Shown here: in pieces, positions 1 to 19,453 of the stretch
Position numbering within the stretch: the first letter of the stretch is position 1
Layout: each line of letters starts with the position of its first letter
IMG/VR virus record: IMGVR_UViG_2718218452_000013
Length of the DNA stretch: 46,500 bases
From: a virus
Taxonomy: Duplodnaviria > Heunggongvirae > Uroviricota > Caudoviricetes
Strand: one strand, 5' to 3'
The notes under the pieces: generated by a model
Database searches by the model: none
The model's input: only the letters and a program-made list of their open reading frames with translations
What the model was told of the DNA's origin: nothing
Position numbers and translations under genes: made by a program

Positions 1-97
1 AAATAATCTCGGTGTGAGATTCCTTACGTTTTCCAAGCCCCCCTTCCTAGCCTTAAATGGAAAGATACTTCTAATTATAGAATTTATATATCTTACC

Positions 98-673
98 CTA
101 CGGTAGGGCTGGCCATTCAATATCCGGTGCAGTTGATGTATCAACACGGTTCAGCAACACCCGATACTTTTTCCAGGCTTCCAGCAACAAGGTTTCTTCC
201 TCCGTTGCGATCTCCAGATCCACAGCATCCTGAAGCGGCGCAATATGCTCACTGGCTACCTGCATCAGGCTGTTTTTTGTTTCTTCCGCCTCCCGGATCC
301 GGAACAGTTTTTCTGCTTCCGTATCCTTCACCCAGGCTGTGCCGTTCCACTTCTGATATTCCCCTCCCGGCGATAACCAGGTAACATTTTCCGGTAACGG
401 ACCGAGTTCAGAAATAAATAACGCGTCGCCGGAAGCCACGTCATAAACCGTTTTACCCCGATGATCTTCAACGAGATGCCACGATGCCTCATCACTGTTG
501 AAAACAGCCACGAAGCCTGCCGGAATATCTGGCGGTGCAATATCGATACTGTTTGCTGGCAGACCTGTATGAGGCGGAATATATGCGTCACCTTCACCAA
601 TAAATTCATTAGTTCCTGCCAGCAGATTATAAATTTTTATGGTCCGTGGTTGTTCACTCATTCTGAATGCCAT
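98..673 (-). CDS. tfa: tail fiber assembly protein Tfa
   Basis: 191-aa ORF beginning [18 protein letters not shown], recalled as lambda Tfa; start overlaps the stf stop codon. Confidence 0.85.
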   Translation of the reverse strand: MAFRMSEQPRTIKIYNLLAGTNEFIGEGDAYIPPHTGLPANSIDIAPPDIPAGFVAVFNSDEASWHLVEDHRGKTVYDVASGDALFISELGPLPENVTWLSPGGEYQKWNGTAWVKDTEAEKLFRIREAEETKNSLMQVASEHIAPLQDAVDLEIATEEETLLLEAWKKYRVLLNRVDTSTAPDIEWPALP

Positions 674-3593
674 TATGCAAGCCTCACAATGTAGTTAAAT
701 GCGATGTTTTTGACAGTGTTTTCCGCGTTACCAGCAGCGTTAACGGTGATGGTGTGTCCATGTGAGCCAATCGCAACAGAGTGCGTATGAGCACCAATAC
801 CGACAGTATGTGCGTGAGCACCTGCAGATGCAGCTGTGCCGCTGACACTATGAGTGTGCGCTCCTGCAGCACTTGTATTCACACTGGCCGCAGACACTAC
901 CTTATGTACTGACCCATTTTGTGACCACTGGCTGACTGCTGATGCGCCTGTGACACTATGAGTATGGTTTCCGGCACTTGCGGCTGTACCGCTCACACTG
1001 TGCGTATGCGCCCCGGTGTTATTCGTGGATTTAGTGCCGTAATCAAACGACGATGTGGTTTTCGTCCCCAAATCCGTACTGGATGCACTGGCGCTGTGGG
1101 TGTGCGATTTAATGCCGTCCTGTTCCTGAGACAATACGGCCCGACCACTGGCAGGTTTGCCCTTAATCGTCCAGCCACGCATATCAGGGATCACGCCTGA
1201 CGGATAAGCGGTTGCAAGTTTCGGGTAAGCGGATTTGTCAAAAGTCTGCCCCTGCATCAGGGCATAACCAGACGGAACGGTATCTGATGGCCACGGGATT
1301 GGTGCGCCAGGCGGATAAAACTGCTCTGATGGTGTATAGAGTGAATAAACTGTACCGTCCGTTAACCCTTCCGGCTTATTAGCAGAATATGCTGGTGACG
1401 TATGAATAGTCACGCTGGCATTACTGGTATAATCCCATTGAATATTTACACCAGTCGCATAATTTCCGATTGCAACGTAAATATCGTAAGTATCACCAGA
1501 TGTATTGACCCAGGCAAAATTTGTAAACCCTGTCGATGTGCGCTGCCATAAAGCACCAGTAATCCCCTTCGGATTACCATTACCTGCACGCAAAACAAGT
1601 TCAGATATACCTGCCTGTTGAGGTGACCCCACGTTAAATCCCGCGCCACCAATCAACGTAATTGAAACAACAGAACTCGCCTGTGGCATGGTTACCGTTG
1701 CTAATTTGAACCAACCAGCACCACCGCTGAATGACATTGTTGTTGAGTTAAGCGTACCAATATCTTTCGGCGTCAGTGTTATATCCGCTGAAAGCGCCTT
1801 ACCATTCACCTTACGGGCAGAAGGTACCCGACCATTCGCATTATCATTAGCTGCTTTCACTGCTTTCGGTGTCGCGGCAAGCGTTTCAGATGCGCTGTTG
1901 GTTGCACTACTGAGCTGGACAATTCCTTTTTGTGCTGTCGTAGCGTCCTGAGCAGTATATTTCCCGTTAGCAAGGTCATAGGCTGCCTTTACCGACTTTG
2001 GCGTTGCCGCCAGCATTTCAGATGTGCTGTTGGTCGCGCTGCTGAGCTGAACTATCCCTTTCTGTGCTGTCGTTGCATCCTGTGCGGTGTATTTCCCGTT
2101 AGCCAGCTCATACGCGGCCTTAACGGCTTTTGGCGTTGCCGCCAGTGACTCGGAAGTGCTGTTAGTCGCACTGCTGAGCTGTACTATCCCCTTTTTCGTC
2201 GTGCTCGCATCCTCAAGCGCCACGGCGGATGCAATATCCTCTGCCCGTTTTGCCGCTGTCTCGGCGCGCGTTGCCGCGGATTCCGCCGTACTTTTGCTCT
2301 GAGCTGCCGCCGTCGCACTGCCAGCTGCCTCTGTCGCCTTCGTGGATGCCGTCGTGGCGCTGCCCTTTGCTGCTGACGCCTGTCTGGTCGCCTCATCTTT
2401 TGAAGCAGACGCAGATGATGCCGATGACGCCGCCGAACTGGCGGACGATGCGGCAGCCGTTTTTGAGGATTCTGCGCTGGTTTCCGACGCTTTCGCGTTC
2501 GTCTCGGATGTCTTCGCTGCGGAAGCAGACCTCGCTGCTGCGCTGGCCTGTTCAGTGGCTTCGCCAGCCTTCGTTGTGGCTGTTGAAGCGGACGATGCGG
2601 CGCTTTCTGCCGATTTTCCGGCAGCGGTGGCACTGGCTGAGGCCTGCCCGGCACTTGTTGACGCGGCACTGGCAGACGACGCAGCCGCTGTTTTTGAGCC
2701 TGCCGCAGCTGAGGCGCTCTGTCCCGCTGCCGTCTCAGAAGACCTGGCGTTCGTCTCGGACGTTTTTGCCGCCTTCGCGGAATTTGCTGCCGCCGTTGCC
2801 GAGGAAGCTGCGCTACTGGCGCTCGAGGATGCGTTCGTTTCTGATGATTTTGCCGCCTCTTTTGAAGCCGACGCATCCCGGGCTGAGGTGGCAGCTTCTG
2901 ACGCTTTCGTGGTCGCGGTGGATGCAGAAGTGGCGGCTGATTGTTGTGACGCTGCAGCATTCGTTCTGACGTTTTCGCGGCAGCGGCACTGGTAGCTGCC
3001 GCGCTTTTTGAGGACTCTGCAGCGGCAGCACTTTTTTCCGCTTCAGTGGCCTTTGTTGATGCCGTTCCTGCGCTGGAAGACGCTGACTGAGCCGACGAAG
3101 CGGCCTGTCCGGCTGACGTGCTGGCTGCACGTGCTGAATCTGCAGCATCAGTCGCATGGGTTGCCGCCTCACGGGCAGATGTGCCGGCATCACTGGCTGA
3201 CTTCTTCGCGGCTGCCGTGTTCTGTGCCACCACGGACGCGTTACGCGCCACCTCTTCCACCATCTGTTCAAAACGGCGCAGTGCCTCCGGACGGGCATCA
3301 TCCTCCGTCATGGCACCGAGAAAATCATTCAGCGTACCCGGCTGAGAATCTTCATACACGGTGATGGTCCCGGCATGTGACGGCGGGAATCCTTCCACCA
3401 ACAGAATAACGCTGTACTGACCGTACTCAACGTCCATGCTGTAACGCCCGGCTTCATCCGGATTTTCTGAGGCCAGCGTGTTCACCACCACCGTGGTGCT
3501 GTTACGTTTTGCTTTCAGCTGGATTGTGCAGTTCTGTACCGGTTTTCCTGTGCCGTCTTTCAGTACACCTGAAATCTTTACTGCCATATTCAC
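673..3593 (-). pseudogene. stf: side tail fiber Stf, reading frame broken by a 1-nt frameshift near 2963-2966
   Basis: N-terminal about 205 codons (MAVKISGVLKDGTGKPVQNC..., lambda Stf-like) run from 3593 in one frame; the Ala/Ser/Thr-rich repeat region and C-terminal His-rich (GAHTHS) fibre tip continue to 673 in another frame. Hand translation shows ...AAAAKTSE then a shift at plus-strand gttc (TT where TTT would keep frame). Confidence 0.65.
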
Positions 3594-3596
3594 CCC

Positions 3597-3625
3597 ACAA
3601 AAAAGCCCGCCTGAACCGGCGGGCT
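3597..3625 (-). terminator. rho-independent terminator downstream of lom
   Basis: minus-strand hairpin agcccgcc/ggcgggct followed by a U-run. Confidence 0.5.
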
Positions 3626-3651
3626 GTCATAACACTGTGTTACCTGGCTAA

Positions 3652-4251
3652 TCAGAACTTATAACCGACACCCACGATGAAACCGTCAGTGCGCCAGTCG
3701 CCACTGCCGGAGCCTTCATAAGCAATATCAATGGCCACGGATTCGGTCGGGTTAAACTGCACGCCAGCTCCCCACGCCAGAGACGTGTTGCTGTGGCGAC
3801 CGTCATCACTTCCGGTCAGCACGTCGTGCGTTTTCCCCTTGTTGTCAGTTACGCGGAGATAATCCCCGGAGAAAGTCGACACACGGCTGTAAGCCATACC
3901 CGCCATCGCATACGCGCTGAACCATTCATTCACGCGCACAGACGGCCCCACCATCACGCTGAACCAGCGGTTACGCACGGAATCTTCATGCCAGCGGGTA
4001 TCGCTGTAACGGGTAAGCTGGCGATTCTTGTCTCCTGCATAGCTGAACGACGTCACCATCCCCAGTGTGTCCGTAAACTCATAACGGTATTTCACGTTAA
4101 TCCCGTTCAGTTCATCGCTGCCAGGAACGTTCGTCGAGACATGAAGATACCCCGCGCTCAGCGTGGACTGATGTTCAGACGCCCATGCAGGCGCACCGGA
4201 TACGGCCAGACAAATGGCTGCGGACAAAATGGCGGCATAAAGTTTACGCAT
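3652..4251 (-). CDS. lom: outer membrane protein Lom (Ail/OmpX family moron)
   Basis: 199-aa ORF with signal peptide [24 protein letters not shown] and beta-barrel-like body, recalled as lambda Lom. Confidence 0.9.
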
Positions 4252-4274
4252 AATTACCTCTCGCTTTTCTGCAA

Positions 4275-4299
4275 TAAAAAAGGCGCCATTTCTGGCGCC
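4275..4299 (-). terminator. rho-independent terminator between J and lom
   Basis: minus-strand hairpin ggcgcc-agaaat-ggcgcc followed by a U-run, immediately upstream of the lom RBS. Confidence 0.5.
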
Positions 4300-4318
4300 C
4301 GTATATGGGTTATAAAAT

Positions 4319-7300
4319 TCAGCTGATACTGATGCCTGCGGTGGCTTTCTTCATCACCACAACCAGCAAATCGCTGATACTTGCTGTGGGATACCAGTTA
4401 TTCACTAGCCATGCTGATACCGAAAACTCCAGCGTCATGTGACCGTGACCGGCAGGCATATCAATAACGCCACTGTAAATCAGCGTATTATCCAGCGCGG
4501 TACGGTTATAAATTTCAGCACCGTTTTTCCGCACTATCAGACGGCATGAGGAGTAAATATCAGTATGCTCTCTCTCATGCTTAGCGCCACTGAATGCCAC
4601 CGCCGGAATAACAATCTGCCGGTCAAACGGCTGATCGTCATAAACCCTGACGGTAATGGTCCCTGATGGCCACCGCTCCGGTGCCCGGGAGTCCCGCGGA
4701 AAAGCCTTACCCACTGTTTTGACTATATCGCCTTCAATCTGGTTGGCTGACAGTTTCCCCTTAATCTGACAGTTCTCATTAATTGTGACATTGTTGAGCG
4801 TCCCGGCGTTCGCATTCACACTGCCACTGATATCTGCATTTTTAGCGGTCAGCTTTCCGTCCGGTGTCAGGGAAAATGCCGGAGGATTACCGCCGCTGGT
4901 AATGGTGGGAGCCGTCAGGCGCTTCAGGAACACGTCGTTCATGAATATCTGGTTGCCCTGCGCCACAAACATCGGCGTTTCATTCCCGTTTGCCGGGTCA
5001 ATAAACGCGATACGATTGGCGGCAACCAGAAACTGGCTCAGTTTGCCTTCCTCCGCGTCCTCCATGCTGAGGCCAATACCCGCGACATAATGTTTGCCGT
5101 CTTTGGTCTGCTCAATTTTGACGCCCCACATGGCATTCCACTTATCGTTGGCGTCCTTCCACTCTTTCGAAAACTCCTCCAGTCTGCTGGCGTTATCCTC
5201 CGTCAGGTCGACTTTTTCCAGCAACTCCTTGCCGAGATGGGATTCGGTTATCTGGCCTTTGAAAAAATCCAGATAGCCGGATGCATCATCACTCGGCTGG
5301 CCAACAGCCTCCACAAATGCCGATTTGCCAACGGTGTTCACACTGCGGATGTAAAAATAATAATCATGGTCCGGTTTGATATTGATACTGGCGGCTATCC
5401 AGTACAGCGCCGTGCCAAGATAGCGGGCTGTGGTTTCAACCTGCCTGATATCGGTAATCCGCGTTTCCGAGAACCAGAACTCAAACTGTACCGTCGGGTC
5501 ATAAACCGCAAGATGCGGCGTGGCGGTTATCTGAAAATAGCCCGGCGTCAGCTCAATCTGTGACGGCGCTGCCGGTGCGGCAATCCTGAACGATACCGAT
5601 GCCGGATCGCCCTGCTGCCCCCACGCATTTACTGCCCGGACTGTCAGCCTGTAGTTCCCCGGCGCCAGTTGTGTGAAGCGGTATGTGGTTTCCGCCGTCC
5701 GGGCTGTGCTGACCAGCCGCTCACTGCCGTCATCCGCGGCCACGGTCAGGCGAAGCATGAAACTCACGCCCTTCACCACCTTCGGCGTATCCCAGCGGGC
5801 CAGTACCTGATACTCCCCGCTGTCTGCGGTGACTTCGGCAGTCAGGTGCTGCACTGCTGGCGGCGTGACACCATTCACCGTGCCGCTCTGGTCGCCGTCA
5901 AAGTGCGCCCCGTTATCCACGATGGCTTCTTTTTCCGGTACATGCTGCACGGCGGTGATAGCATACGTGCCGTCATCGTTCTCACGGATACTCACACAGC
6001 GGAACAGGCGCTGGCGCAACGTCGGCAACTTCAGCCCCCACACGCTGTATTCAGCAACACCGTCAGGAACACGGCTCACTTTCACCTTCACGCCGTCGGT
6101 GACGGACTGAACCTCCACGCTGATCGGATTGCCACTTCCGTCAACCAGGCTTATCAGCGTGGTACCGGAGGATGGCAGCGTGATTTCACGGTCGAGCGTC
6201 AGCGTCCGGGTCTGGCTGTTTACCGCCAGCACGCGCCCGCCGGTGCTGATACCGGCATAGTCATCATCACAGATTTCAATGACATCGCCCGGCACATGGC
6301 GAAGCCCTTCGGCACCCACGCTGAAGTCCACGGTCTGCGTTTCCAGCAGTTCTGTTTTAATCAGCCACAGCCCGGCGCGGTGTGCCTGCCCCCGGCTGGT
6401 ACAGCCAAAGGCATCCATCTTCGTGACGTTACGACCGTAACGGGCAATGGCCTGCGTGTCCTCCACAAGCTCTGTCGCCGTCTCCCAGCCGTTATTCGGG
6501 TCAATCCAGTTCACCTCAACGGCATTATGGCGGTCCTTCAGGGCGCTGAAGCTGTAGCGGAACGGCGCGCCATCATCCGGCATCACCACATTACTGCGGT
6601 TATAGGTCCACACCTTATCCGACGGTCGGTCCTGCACGAACGTCAGCGTCTGCCCGTTCCATACCGGCATACAGCGCATCGCCGAGCAGAAATCACTGAG
6701 CACATCCCACGCCTTGCGCTGTGTGGTCAGGTACGCATTACAGGTGATGCGCGGCTCCGTGCCACCAGAGCCGTCCGGCACCGACTGGTCGCAGTACTGG
6801 CCGATGACATACAGCGCCCATTTATCCACATCCGCTGCACCAAGACGTTTCCCCATGCCATAACGCGGATGGGTCAGCATATCCCACAGACACCAGGCTA
6901 TGTTGTTGCTGTATGCCGGTTTAAGCGTTCCGTCCCAGATACCGCTGTATGTGCGTTTTTCCGGGTCGTAATTCGACGGCACCTGCAGAATGCGTCCGCG
7001 CAGATGATAATTACGGCTCACCTGCTGGCTGCCGAACTGCTCCGAATCCACCTGTACGCCGACCAGTGCCGTGTTCGGGTAGCCCTGTTTCACATCGATG
7101 ATTTCGGTGTATGACGACCAGAGCGTTTTGTTCTGCAGCTGGTCTGTGGTGCTGTCCGGCGTCATTCTGCGCATCCGGATATTAAACGGGCGCGGCGGCA
7201 GGTTATCCACCACCACCGAGGCCAGATACTGCGAGGTGGTTTTGCCCTTAATGGTGATGTCTTTTTCCGTCACCCAGCCACCATTACGCTGTATCTGAAC

Positions 7301-7714
7301 CAGCAGGCGAACTTCCGACGGATTCCGGTCCCCCTTTGAGGTGGTTTCCACCAGTGCCTGCACACCGAAGGTAAAGCGCAGTCGGTCGATGTTTGCCGAC
7401 GTGATGGCGCGGGTGATCGGCGTGTCATATTTCACTTCTGTACCGAGCACCGTCTCGGAGCCGGAGGATTCAAATCCCTCCGGCGGTGTCTGCTCCTGCT
7501 CACCGGCCCGGAACACCACCGTGACGCCGGATATATTGGTATTCCCCTCACTGTCCAGCACCGGCGTACTGTTCAGCAGCACGCTTTTTAATCCATCCAC
7601 CGGACCTTCAACCGGCCCTTCGCTGATGGCATCGATCACACTCAGCAGCTGCGTGGACTTCAGGTTGTCCTTCGCTTCGCGCGGGGTATGCCCCTTACTG
7701 CTGCCTTTACCCAT
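4319..7714 (-). CDS. J: tail tip host-specificity protein J, full length, lambda-type receptor-binding C-terminus
   Basis: 1131-aa [23 protein letters not shown]... ending ...[42 protein letters not shown], recalled as lambda J. Confidence 0.95.
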   Translation of the reverse strand: MGKGSSKGHTPREAKDNLKSTQLLSVIDAISEGPVEGPVDGLKSVLLNSTPVLDSEGNTNISGVTVVFRAGEQEQTPPEGFESSGSETVLGTEVKYDTPITRAITSANIDRLRFTFGVQALVETTSKGDRNPSEVRLLVQIQRNGGWVTEKDITIKGKTTSQYLASVVVDNLPPRPFNIRMRRMTPDSTTDQLQNKTLWSSYTEIIDVKQGYPNTALVGVQVDSEQFGSQQVSRNYHLRGRILQVPSNYDPEKRTYSGIWDGTLKPAYSNNIAWCLWDMLTHPRYGMGKRLGAADVDKWALYVIGQYCDQSVPDGSGGTEPRITCNAYLTTQRKAWDVLSDFCSAMRCMPVWNGQTLTFVQDRPSDKVWTYNRSNVVMPDDGAPFRYSFSALKDRHNAVEVNWIDPNNGWETATELVEDTQAIARYGRNVTKMDAFGCTSRGQAHRAGLWLIKTELLETQTVDFSVGAEGLRHVPGDVIEICDDDYAGISTGGRVLAVNSQTRTLTLDREITLPSSGTTLISLVDGSGNPISVEVQSVTDGVKVKVSRVPDGVAEYSVWGLKLPTLRQRLFRCVSIRENDDGTYAITAVQHVPEKEAIVDNGAHFDGDQSGTVNGVTPPAVQHLTAEVTADSGEYQVLARWDTPKVVKGVSFMLRLTVAADDGSERLVSTARTAETTYRFTQLAPGNYRLTVRAVNAWGQQGDPASVSFRIAAPAAPSQIELTPGYFQITATPHLAVYDPTVQFEFWFSETRITDIRQVETTARYLGTALYWIAASINIKPDHDYYFYIRSVNTVGKSAFVEAVGQPSDDASGYLDFFKGQITESHLGKELLEKVDLTEDNASRLEEFSKEWKDANDKWNAMWGVKIEQTKDGKHYVAGIGLSMEDAEEGKLSQFLVAANRIAFIDPANGNETPMFVAQGNQIFMNDVFLKRLTAPTITSGGNPPAFSLTPDGKLTAKNADISGSVNANAGTLNNVTINENCQIKGKLSANQIEGDIVKTVGKAFPRDSRAPERWPSGTITVRVYDDQPFDRQIVIPAVAFSGAKHEREHTDIYSSCRLIVRKNGAEIYNRTALDNTLIYSGVIDMPAGHGHMTLEFSVSAWLVNNWYPTASISDLLVVVMKKATAGISIS

Positions 7715-7774
7715 TCCTCACGCTCCATAAACGATAAAACCGCCCGGAGGCGGTTTCACATAAAACATTTTGCA

Positions 7775-8422
7775 TCAGCGACCAATCACCACAACCTGAC
7801 CACCATCCCCTTCGTCTGCCGTGCTGATCTCCTGAGAAACCACACGTGACCCCACGCGCATTTCACCGTACAGAACAGGCAGAACATTGCCCTGGGCAAC
7901 CATGTTATCCAGTGAGGAGAAATAGGTGTTCTGTTTGCCGTTATCTGTACTGGCTGCCGTGGGCGTCCTGGCTTTCGGTGCCAGCATCTGCGCCACTCCG
8001 CCCAGGATCATACTGGCCCCTGCCGCATACATGCCCGATACAGCCGCGGCCCCCAGCCAGCCCACAGGGTTCCACCATGCCACCGCAATCAGCGCCGCCC
8101 CAAGCACCACCTGAAACACACCGCCACTTTTAGCTCCCGCCAGACGCGGCACGATGTGGATCACGGCACCATTTGCCAGCGGCTCATTAAGACGGGCAGA
8201 TAATTCATTTTCGCCTGCATCACGCCCGGCAATGCGCACCTGATACCAGCCCTCATTCAGTTTCTGACGAAACACCGGGAGCTGTGTGGCCAGTGCCCGG
8301 ATGGCTTCAGCCCCCGTTTTCACACGAAGGTCGATACGGCGACCAAATCGTTGCAAATCCCCGTAAAGGCAGATGCGTGCCATGCCCGGTGACGCCAGAG
8401 GGAGTGTGTGCGTCGCTGCCAT
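7775..8422 (-). CDS. I: tail tip assembly protein I
   Basis: 215-aa ORF MAATHTLPLASPGMARICLYGDLQRFGRRIDLRVKTG, lambda I-like; overlaps K 3' end. Confidence 0.85.
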   Translation of the reverse strand: MAATHTLPLASPGMARICLYGDLQRFGRRIDLRVKTGAEAIRALATQLPVFRQKLNEGWYQVRIAGRDAGENELSARLNEPLANGAVIHIVPRLAGAKSGGVFQVVLGAALIAVAWWNPVGWLGAAAVSGMYAAGASMILGGVAQMLAPKARTPTAASTDNGKQNTYFSSLDNMVAQGNVLPVLYGEMRVGSRVVSQEISTADEGDGGQVVVIGR

Positions 8423-9063
8423 TTGTCGGTGTACCTCTCTCGTTTACTCAGTTGTTCAGGAATATGGTGCAGCAGCTCGCCGTCGCCACAGTAAATGGCG
8501 GCATGATTCGGCACCGATGAACCAAAACAGCACAGCAGCACATCGCCCGGCTGGGCCGCTGACAACGGCACCTGATACAACCCCGTTGCCTCCATATTAT
8601 CCAGATAGAGATTCTGGCCGTGACGCCACCAGTCATCCCCGCGATGAAAATCCGGCATCTCAATTCCCGCCAGATGGTAAGCGTCCCGGAACAGCGTGTA
8701 ACAGTCCGTCACCCCGTGCTCAAAGCGCCGCCCGGTGAGATGCGGCACACAGCGGAATTTATGAATCGCCCCCCGGCAGACCAGCCACCACGGCAAATCA
8801 CTCTGCACCTGCAGCCGCCGGTCGGCCTCACTCAGCCAGGGCAGACCACCGGGGTGGCTGTGGACCAGCGCCACAATCTCTCCCTGCATTTCTGCACTCA
8901 GCCAGTCCTCCGGCGACATCCGGAAATACGCCTCCGGCTCACCAGAGATATTCACGCAGGGAAAATATCTTTCCCCCTCCGGTGTTCTCACCACGAAGCC
9001 GCACGACTCCGCTGGCGCACATCGCCGGGCGTGCGCCAGAATCGCTGATTCTGTCTCTGTCAT
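8320..9063 (-). CDS. K: tail tip assembly protein K
   Basis: ORF with ATG at 9063 (MTETESAILAHARRCAPAESCGF...), HSHP metal motif and Cys/His peptidase-like C-terminus, lambda K-like by position and sequence. Confidence 0.8.
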   Translation of the reverse strand: MTETESAILAHARRCAPAESCGFVVRTPEGERYFPCVNISGEPEAYFRMSPEDWLSAEMQGEIVALVHSHPGGLPWLSEADRRLQVQSDLPWWLVCRGAIHKFRCVPHLTGRRFEHGVTDCYTLFRDAYHLAGIEMPDFHRGDDWWRHGQNLYLDNMEATGLYQVPLSAAQPGDVLLCCFGSSVPNHAAIYCGDGELLHHIPEQLSKRERYTDKWQRRTHSLWRHRAWHASAFTGICNDLVAVSTFV

Positions 9064-9068
9064 GGGAT

Positions 9069-9767
9069 TCACTGCGAAAGTTTGTTAATGGAAAGGAAGC
9101 CGCCAAAGTTGCCGACGTTATTGCGAAACTTACAGCCGCTCAGGCATTTGCTGCATTTATCCTTCGTGATATCGGACGTCGGCTGATCATATTCATCCGC
9201 GACCGCCGGACCGTGATAACCGCACTCGTCACCGCGATAGGTCCAGGTGCAGGTGTTGGCCAGCATGATGCGCCCCGGAAAAACGGCACCGTCCGTTTCC
9301 GTCGGCGTGGACAGTACAAAAGAGGCACTCACCGCGCTCAGTTCGCTGCACTGCTCGATGCGCCAGCGGCTGATCACCTCCTGCTCCGGATCGGCGTAAC
9401 TGTTTCCGTTGACGAAGTTCACCGCATCCAGAAAACGGGCGTAAACCTTACGCCGGACCACCGTTCCGCCGACCAGACTCTGCATATCTTCCGCCATCCC
9501 GGTGACCATACCGTACAGGTTAGAAACCGTCAGCGTGGGGCGCGTACTGGTGCCTTTGCCATTCAGTTCAAAACCGCTCCCCTGAATGGGATACGGCTGA
9601 TACTGTCGCCCCTGCCAGGTGACCGGCTCACCTTTTTCGTTCTGCTCATTACAGAAAAAATAACGTTCTCCACCGACCTCTGTCAGGTCGATTTCCCAGA
9701 GCACCACGCTGGCCGACTGCTCCGCACGGGTGCATTCATTCAGTGTTTCCTGCCGGATATCCTGCAT
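9069..9767 (-). CDS. L: tail tip protein L
   Basis: 232-aa ORF MQDIRQETLNECTRAEQSASVVLWEIDLTEVGGERYFF, lambda L-like. Confidence 0.9.
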   Translation of the reverse strand: MQDIRQETLNECTRAEQSASVVLWEIDLTEVGGERYFFCNEQNEKGEPVTWQGRQYQPYPIQGSGFELNGKGTSTRPTLTVSNLYGMVTGMAEDMQSLVGGTVVRRKVYARFLDAVNFVNGNSYADPEQEVISRWRIEQCSELSAVSASFVLSTPTETDGAVFPGRIMLANTCTWTYRGDECGYHGPAVADEYDQPTSDITKDKCSKCLSGCKFRNNVGNFGGFLSINKLSQ

Positions 9768-10095
9768 CAGTTCACCACCTGTTCAAACTCTGCGCTGAAC
9801 TCAACACGCAGCATACTGACCCGCGACGACCATTTTGCGCAGGTCACCTTTATCTGCCGCCACTCATAAGGCGGCGTCCACAGAAAGGCTTTCCAGCCCC
9901 CGTGCTCTTCCAGAAACGACTCCAGTACCGTGGCCTCCTCACGGGGGACAGAAAGCGTCACGCTGTACGTTTTCAGGTTGGCATTCAGCCCGGCAGGCGC
10001 TCGCTGAACAGCCATCACCAAAGCGCACCTTTCTTACAGAAGGGGCCGAAGCCACATCCATACCGGGTTTCACTTTCCAGCGGAAGGTTTTCATC
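9767..10095 (-). pseudogene. M: tail tip protein M, frameshifted
   Basis: ATG at 10095 encodes MKTFRWKVKPGMDVASAPSVRKVRFGDG then leaves frame and hits a stop after about 51 codons; the remaining M sequence (QRAPAGLNANLKTYSVTLSV...EFEQVVN) is in a different frame (ORF 9767..10021). Confidence 0.6.
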
Positions 10096-11317
10096 GTCCA
10101 CCTCCGGAGAACAGACCACCATCACGCATCTGCCCGGTCACAACATCCATTGCCGCCTTACGGGCTACGTCATAAACAGCCTTCAGCGCCTGTGGCCCTA
10201 TCTGACCGTTCGTGCCGTCGTTGTTAATCACCACATGGTTATTCTGCTCAAACGTCCCGGACGCCTGCGACCGACTGTCCGCCATGCTGCCCGGTGTACC
10301 GACATAACCGCCGGTGGCATAGCCGCGCATCAGCCGGTAAAGATTCCCCACGCCAATCCGGCTGGTTGCCTCCTTCGTGAAGACAAACTCACCACGGTGA
10401 ACAATCCCCGCTGGCTCATATTTGCCGCCGGTTCCCGTAAATCCTCCGGTTGCAAAATGGAATTTCGCCGCAGCGGCCTGAATGGCTGTACCGCCTGACG
10501 CGGATGCGCCGCCACCAACAGCCCCGCCAATGGCGCTGCCGATACTCCCGACAATCCCCACCATTGCCTGCTTAAGCAGAATTTCTGTCATCATGGACAG
10601 CACGGAACGGGTGAAGCTGCGCCAGTTCTGCTCACTGCCGGTCAGCATCGCCGCCATATTCTGTGCAATACCATCAAAGGTCTGCGTGGCTGCACTTTTT
10701 ACCTGCGACATACTGTCCGTGGCGCTCTCTTCCCACTCACTCCAGCCGGACTTCAGGCCTGCCATCCAGTTCCCGCGAAGCTGGTCTTCAGCCGCCCAGG
10801 TCTTTTTCTGCTCTGACATGACGTTATTCAGCGCCAGCGGATTATCGCCATACTGTTCCTTCAGGCGCTGTTCCGTGGCTTCCCGTTCTGCCTGCCGGTC
10901 AGTCAGCCCCCGGCTTTTCGCATCAATGGCGGCCCGTTTTGCCCGTTGCTGCTGTGCGAATTTATCCGCCTGCTGCGCCAGCGCGTTCAGGCGCTCCTGA
11001 TACGTAACCTTGTCGCCAAGTGCAGCCAGCTGGCGTTTGTACTCCAGCGTCTCATCTTTATGCGCCAGCAGGGATTTCTCCTGTGCAGACAGCTGGCGAC
11101 GTTGCGCCGCCTCCTCCAGTACCGCGAACTGACTCTCCGCCTTCCACAAATCCCGGCGCTGCTGGCTGATTTTCTCATTTGCTCCGGCATGCTTCTCCAG
11201 CGTCCGGAGTTCTGCCTGAAGCGTCAGCAGGGCAGCATGAGCACTGTCTTCCTGACGATCGCCCGCAGACACCTTCACGCCGGACTGTTTCGGCTTTTTC
11301 AGCGTCGCTTCATAATG

Positions 11318-19015
<7,698 letters not shown>

Positions 19016-19034
<19 letters not shown>

Positions 19035-19438
19035 TTTCCCGCAGAAACAGGCTCTGCGGGCCCGGCGTCCTCTGTCTGTTCAGGGGCATTATTCACCACA
19101 AACTCATACATACCAGACAGCCGGTACACCACGTTTTCAGCATGAGAAATTGCCTCCGTGGGCCAGGTGGTAAGCACTTCCTGCTCAATCTGTTTAACGG
19201 CTTCATTCATGGACGGCATCTGCGTCTTCTGCGGATGGTTATGCCACAGGGACATCGCCACCAGAAACGCGCCGGTTCTGATGGCGTCTTCCACAGTAAA
19301 CTTCCGGTTGCTGTCTGACTCCGCCTGTTCTGCCTGCCGTTTCATCAGGGCGAGATGCTCAATGCGCTGCAGGGCTGACAGTTCAGAAAGCGTGACGGTC
19401 ACACCGTTATGTTCAAATGATTCGGTTTTCAGGAACAT
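19016..19438 (-). CDS. G: tail assembly chaperone G
   Basis: 140-aa ORF MFLKTESFEHNGVTVTLSELSALQRIEHLALMKRQ... ending SAGKCSTVS. Confidence 0.9.
19034..19040 (-). promoter_or_regulatory. programmed -1 ribosomal frameshift slippery heptamer G GGA AAG for the G-T fusion
   Basis: minus-strand GGGAAAG in the G frame (gcg GGA AAG tgt) 7 codons before the G stop, exactly where the T frame opens. Confidence 0.75.
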
Positions 19439-19453
19439 CGCTGACTCTCCGGA

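Noticed and set aside
1-97. Region downstream of tfa at the left window edge, examined for attachment site or tRNA
   Set aside because: Too short and featureless to call; no tRNA-like structure recognisable.
2342-2995. 217-aa + strand ORF (Ala/Asp-rich) and 162-aa - strand ORF (2813..3301) within stf
   Set aside because: They are alternative-frame readings of the GC-rich Ala/Ser-coding repeat region of stf; no start context and extreme composition bias.
5669-7114. 481-aa + strand ORF antisense to J, with identical counterparts at 12350..13882 and 15641..17173 (510 aa)
   Set aside because: Arg/Pro/His-rich low-complexity translations lying antisense to a well-supported GC-rich gene; typical spurious shadow ORFs. 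Their identity between copies only reflects the DNA duplication.
8982-10498. Long + strand ORFs (295 aa and 251 aa) over K, L and M
   Set aside because: Antisense to conserved tail genes; Arg-rich nonsense composition.
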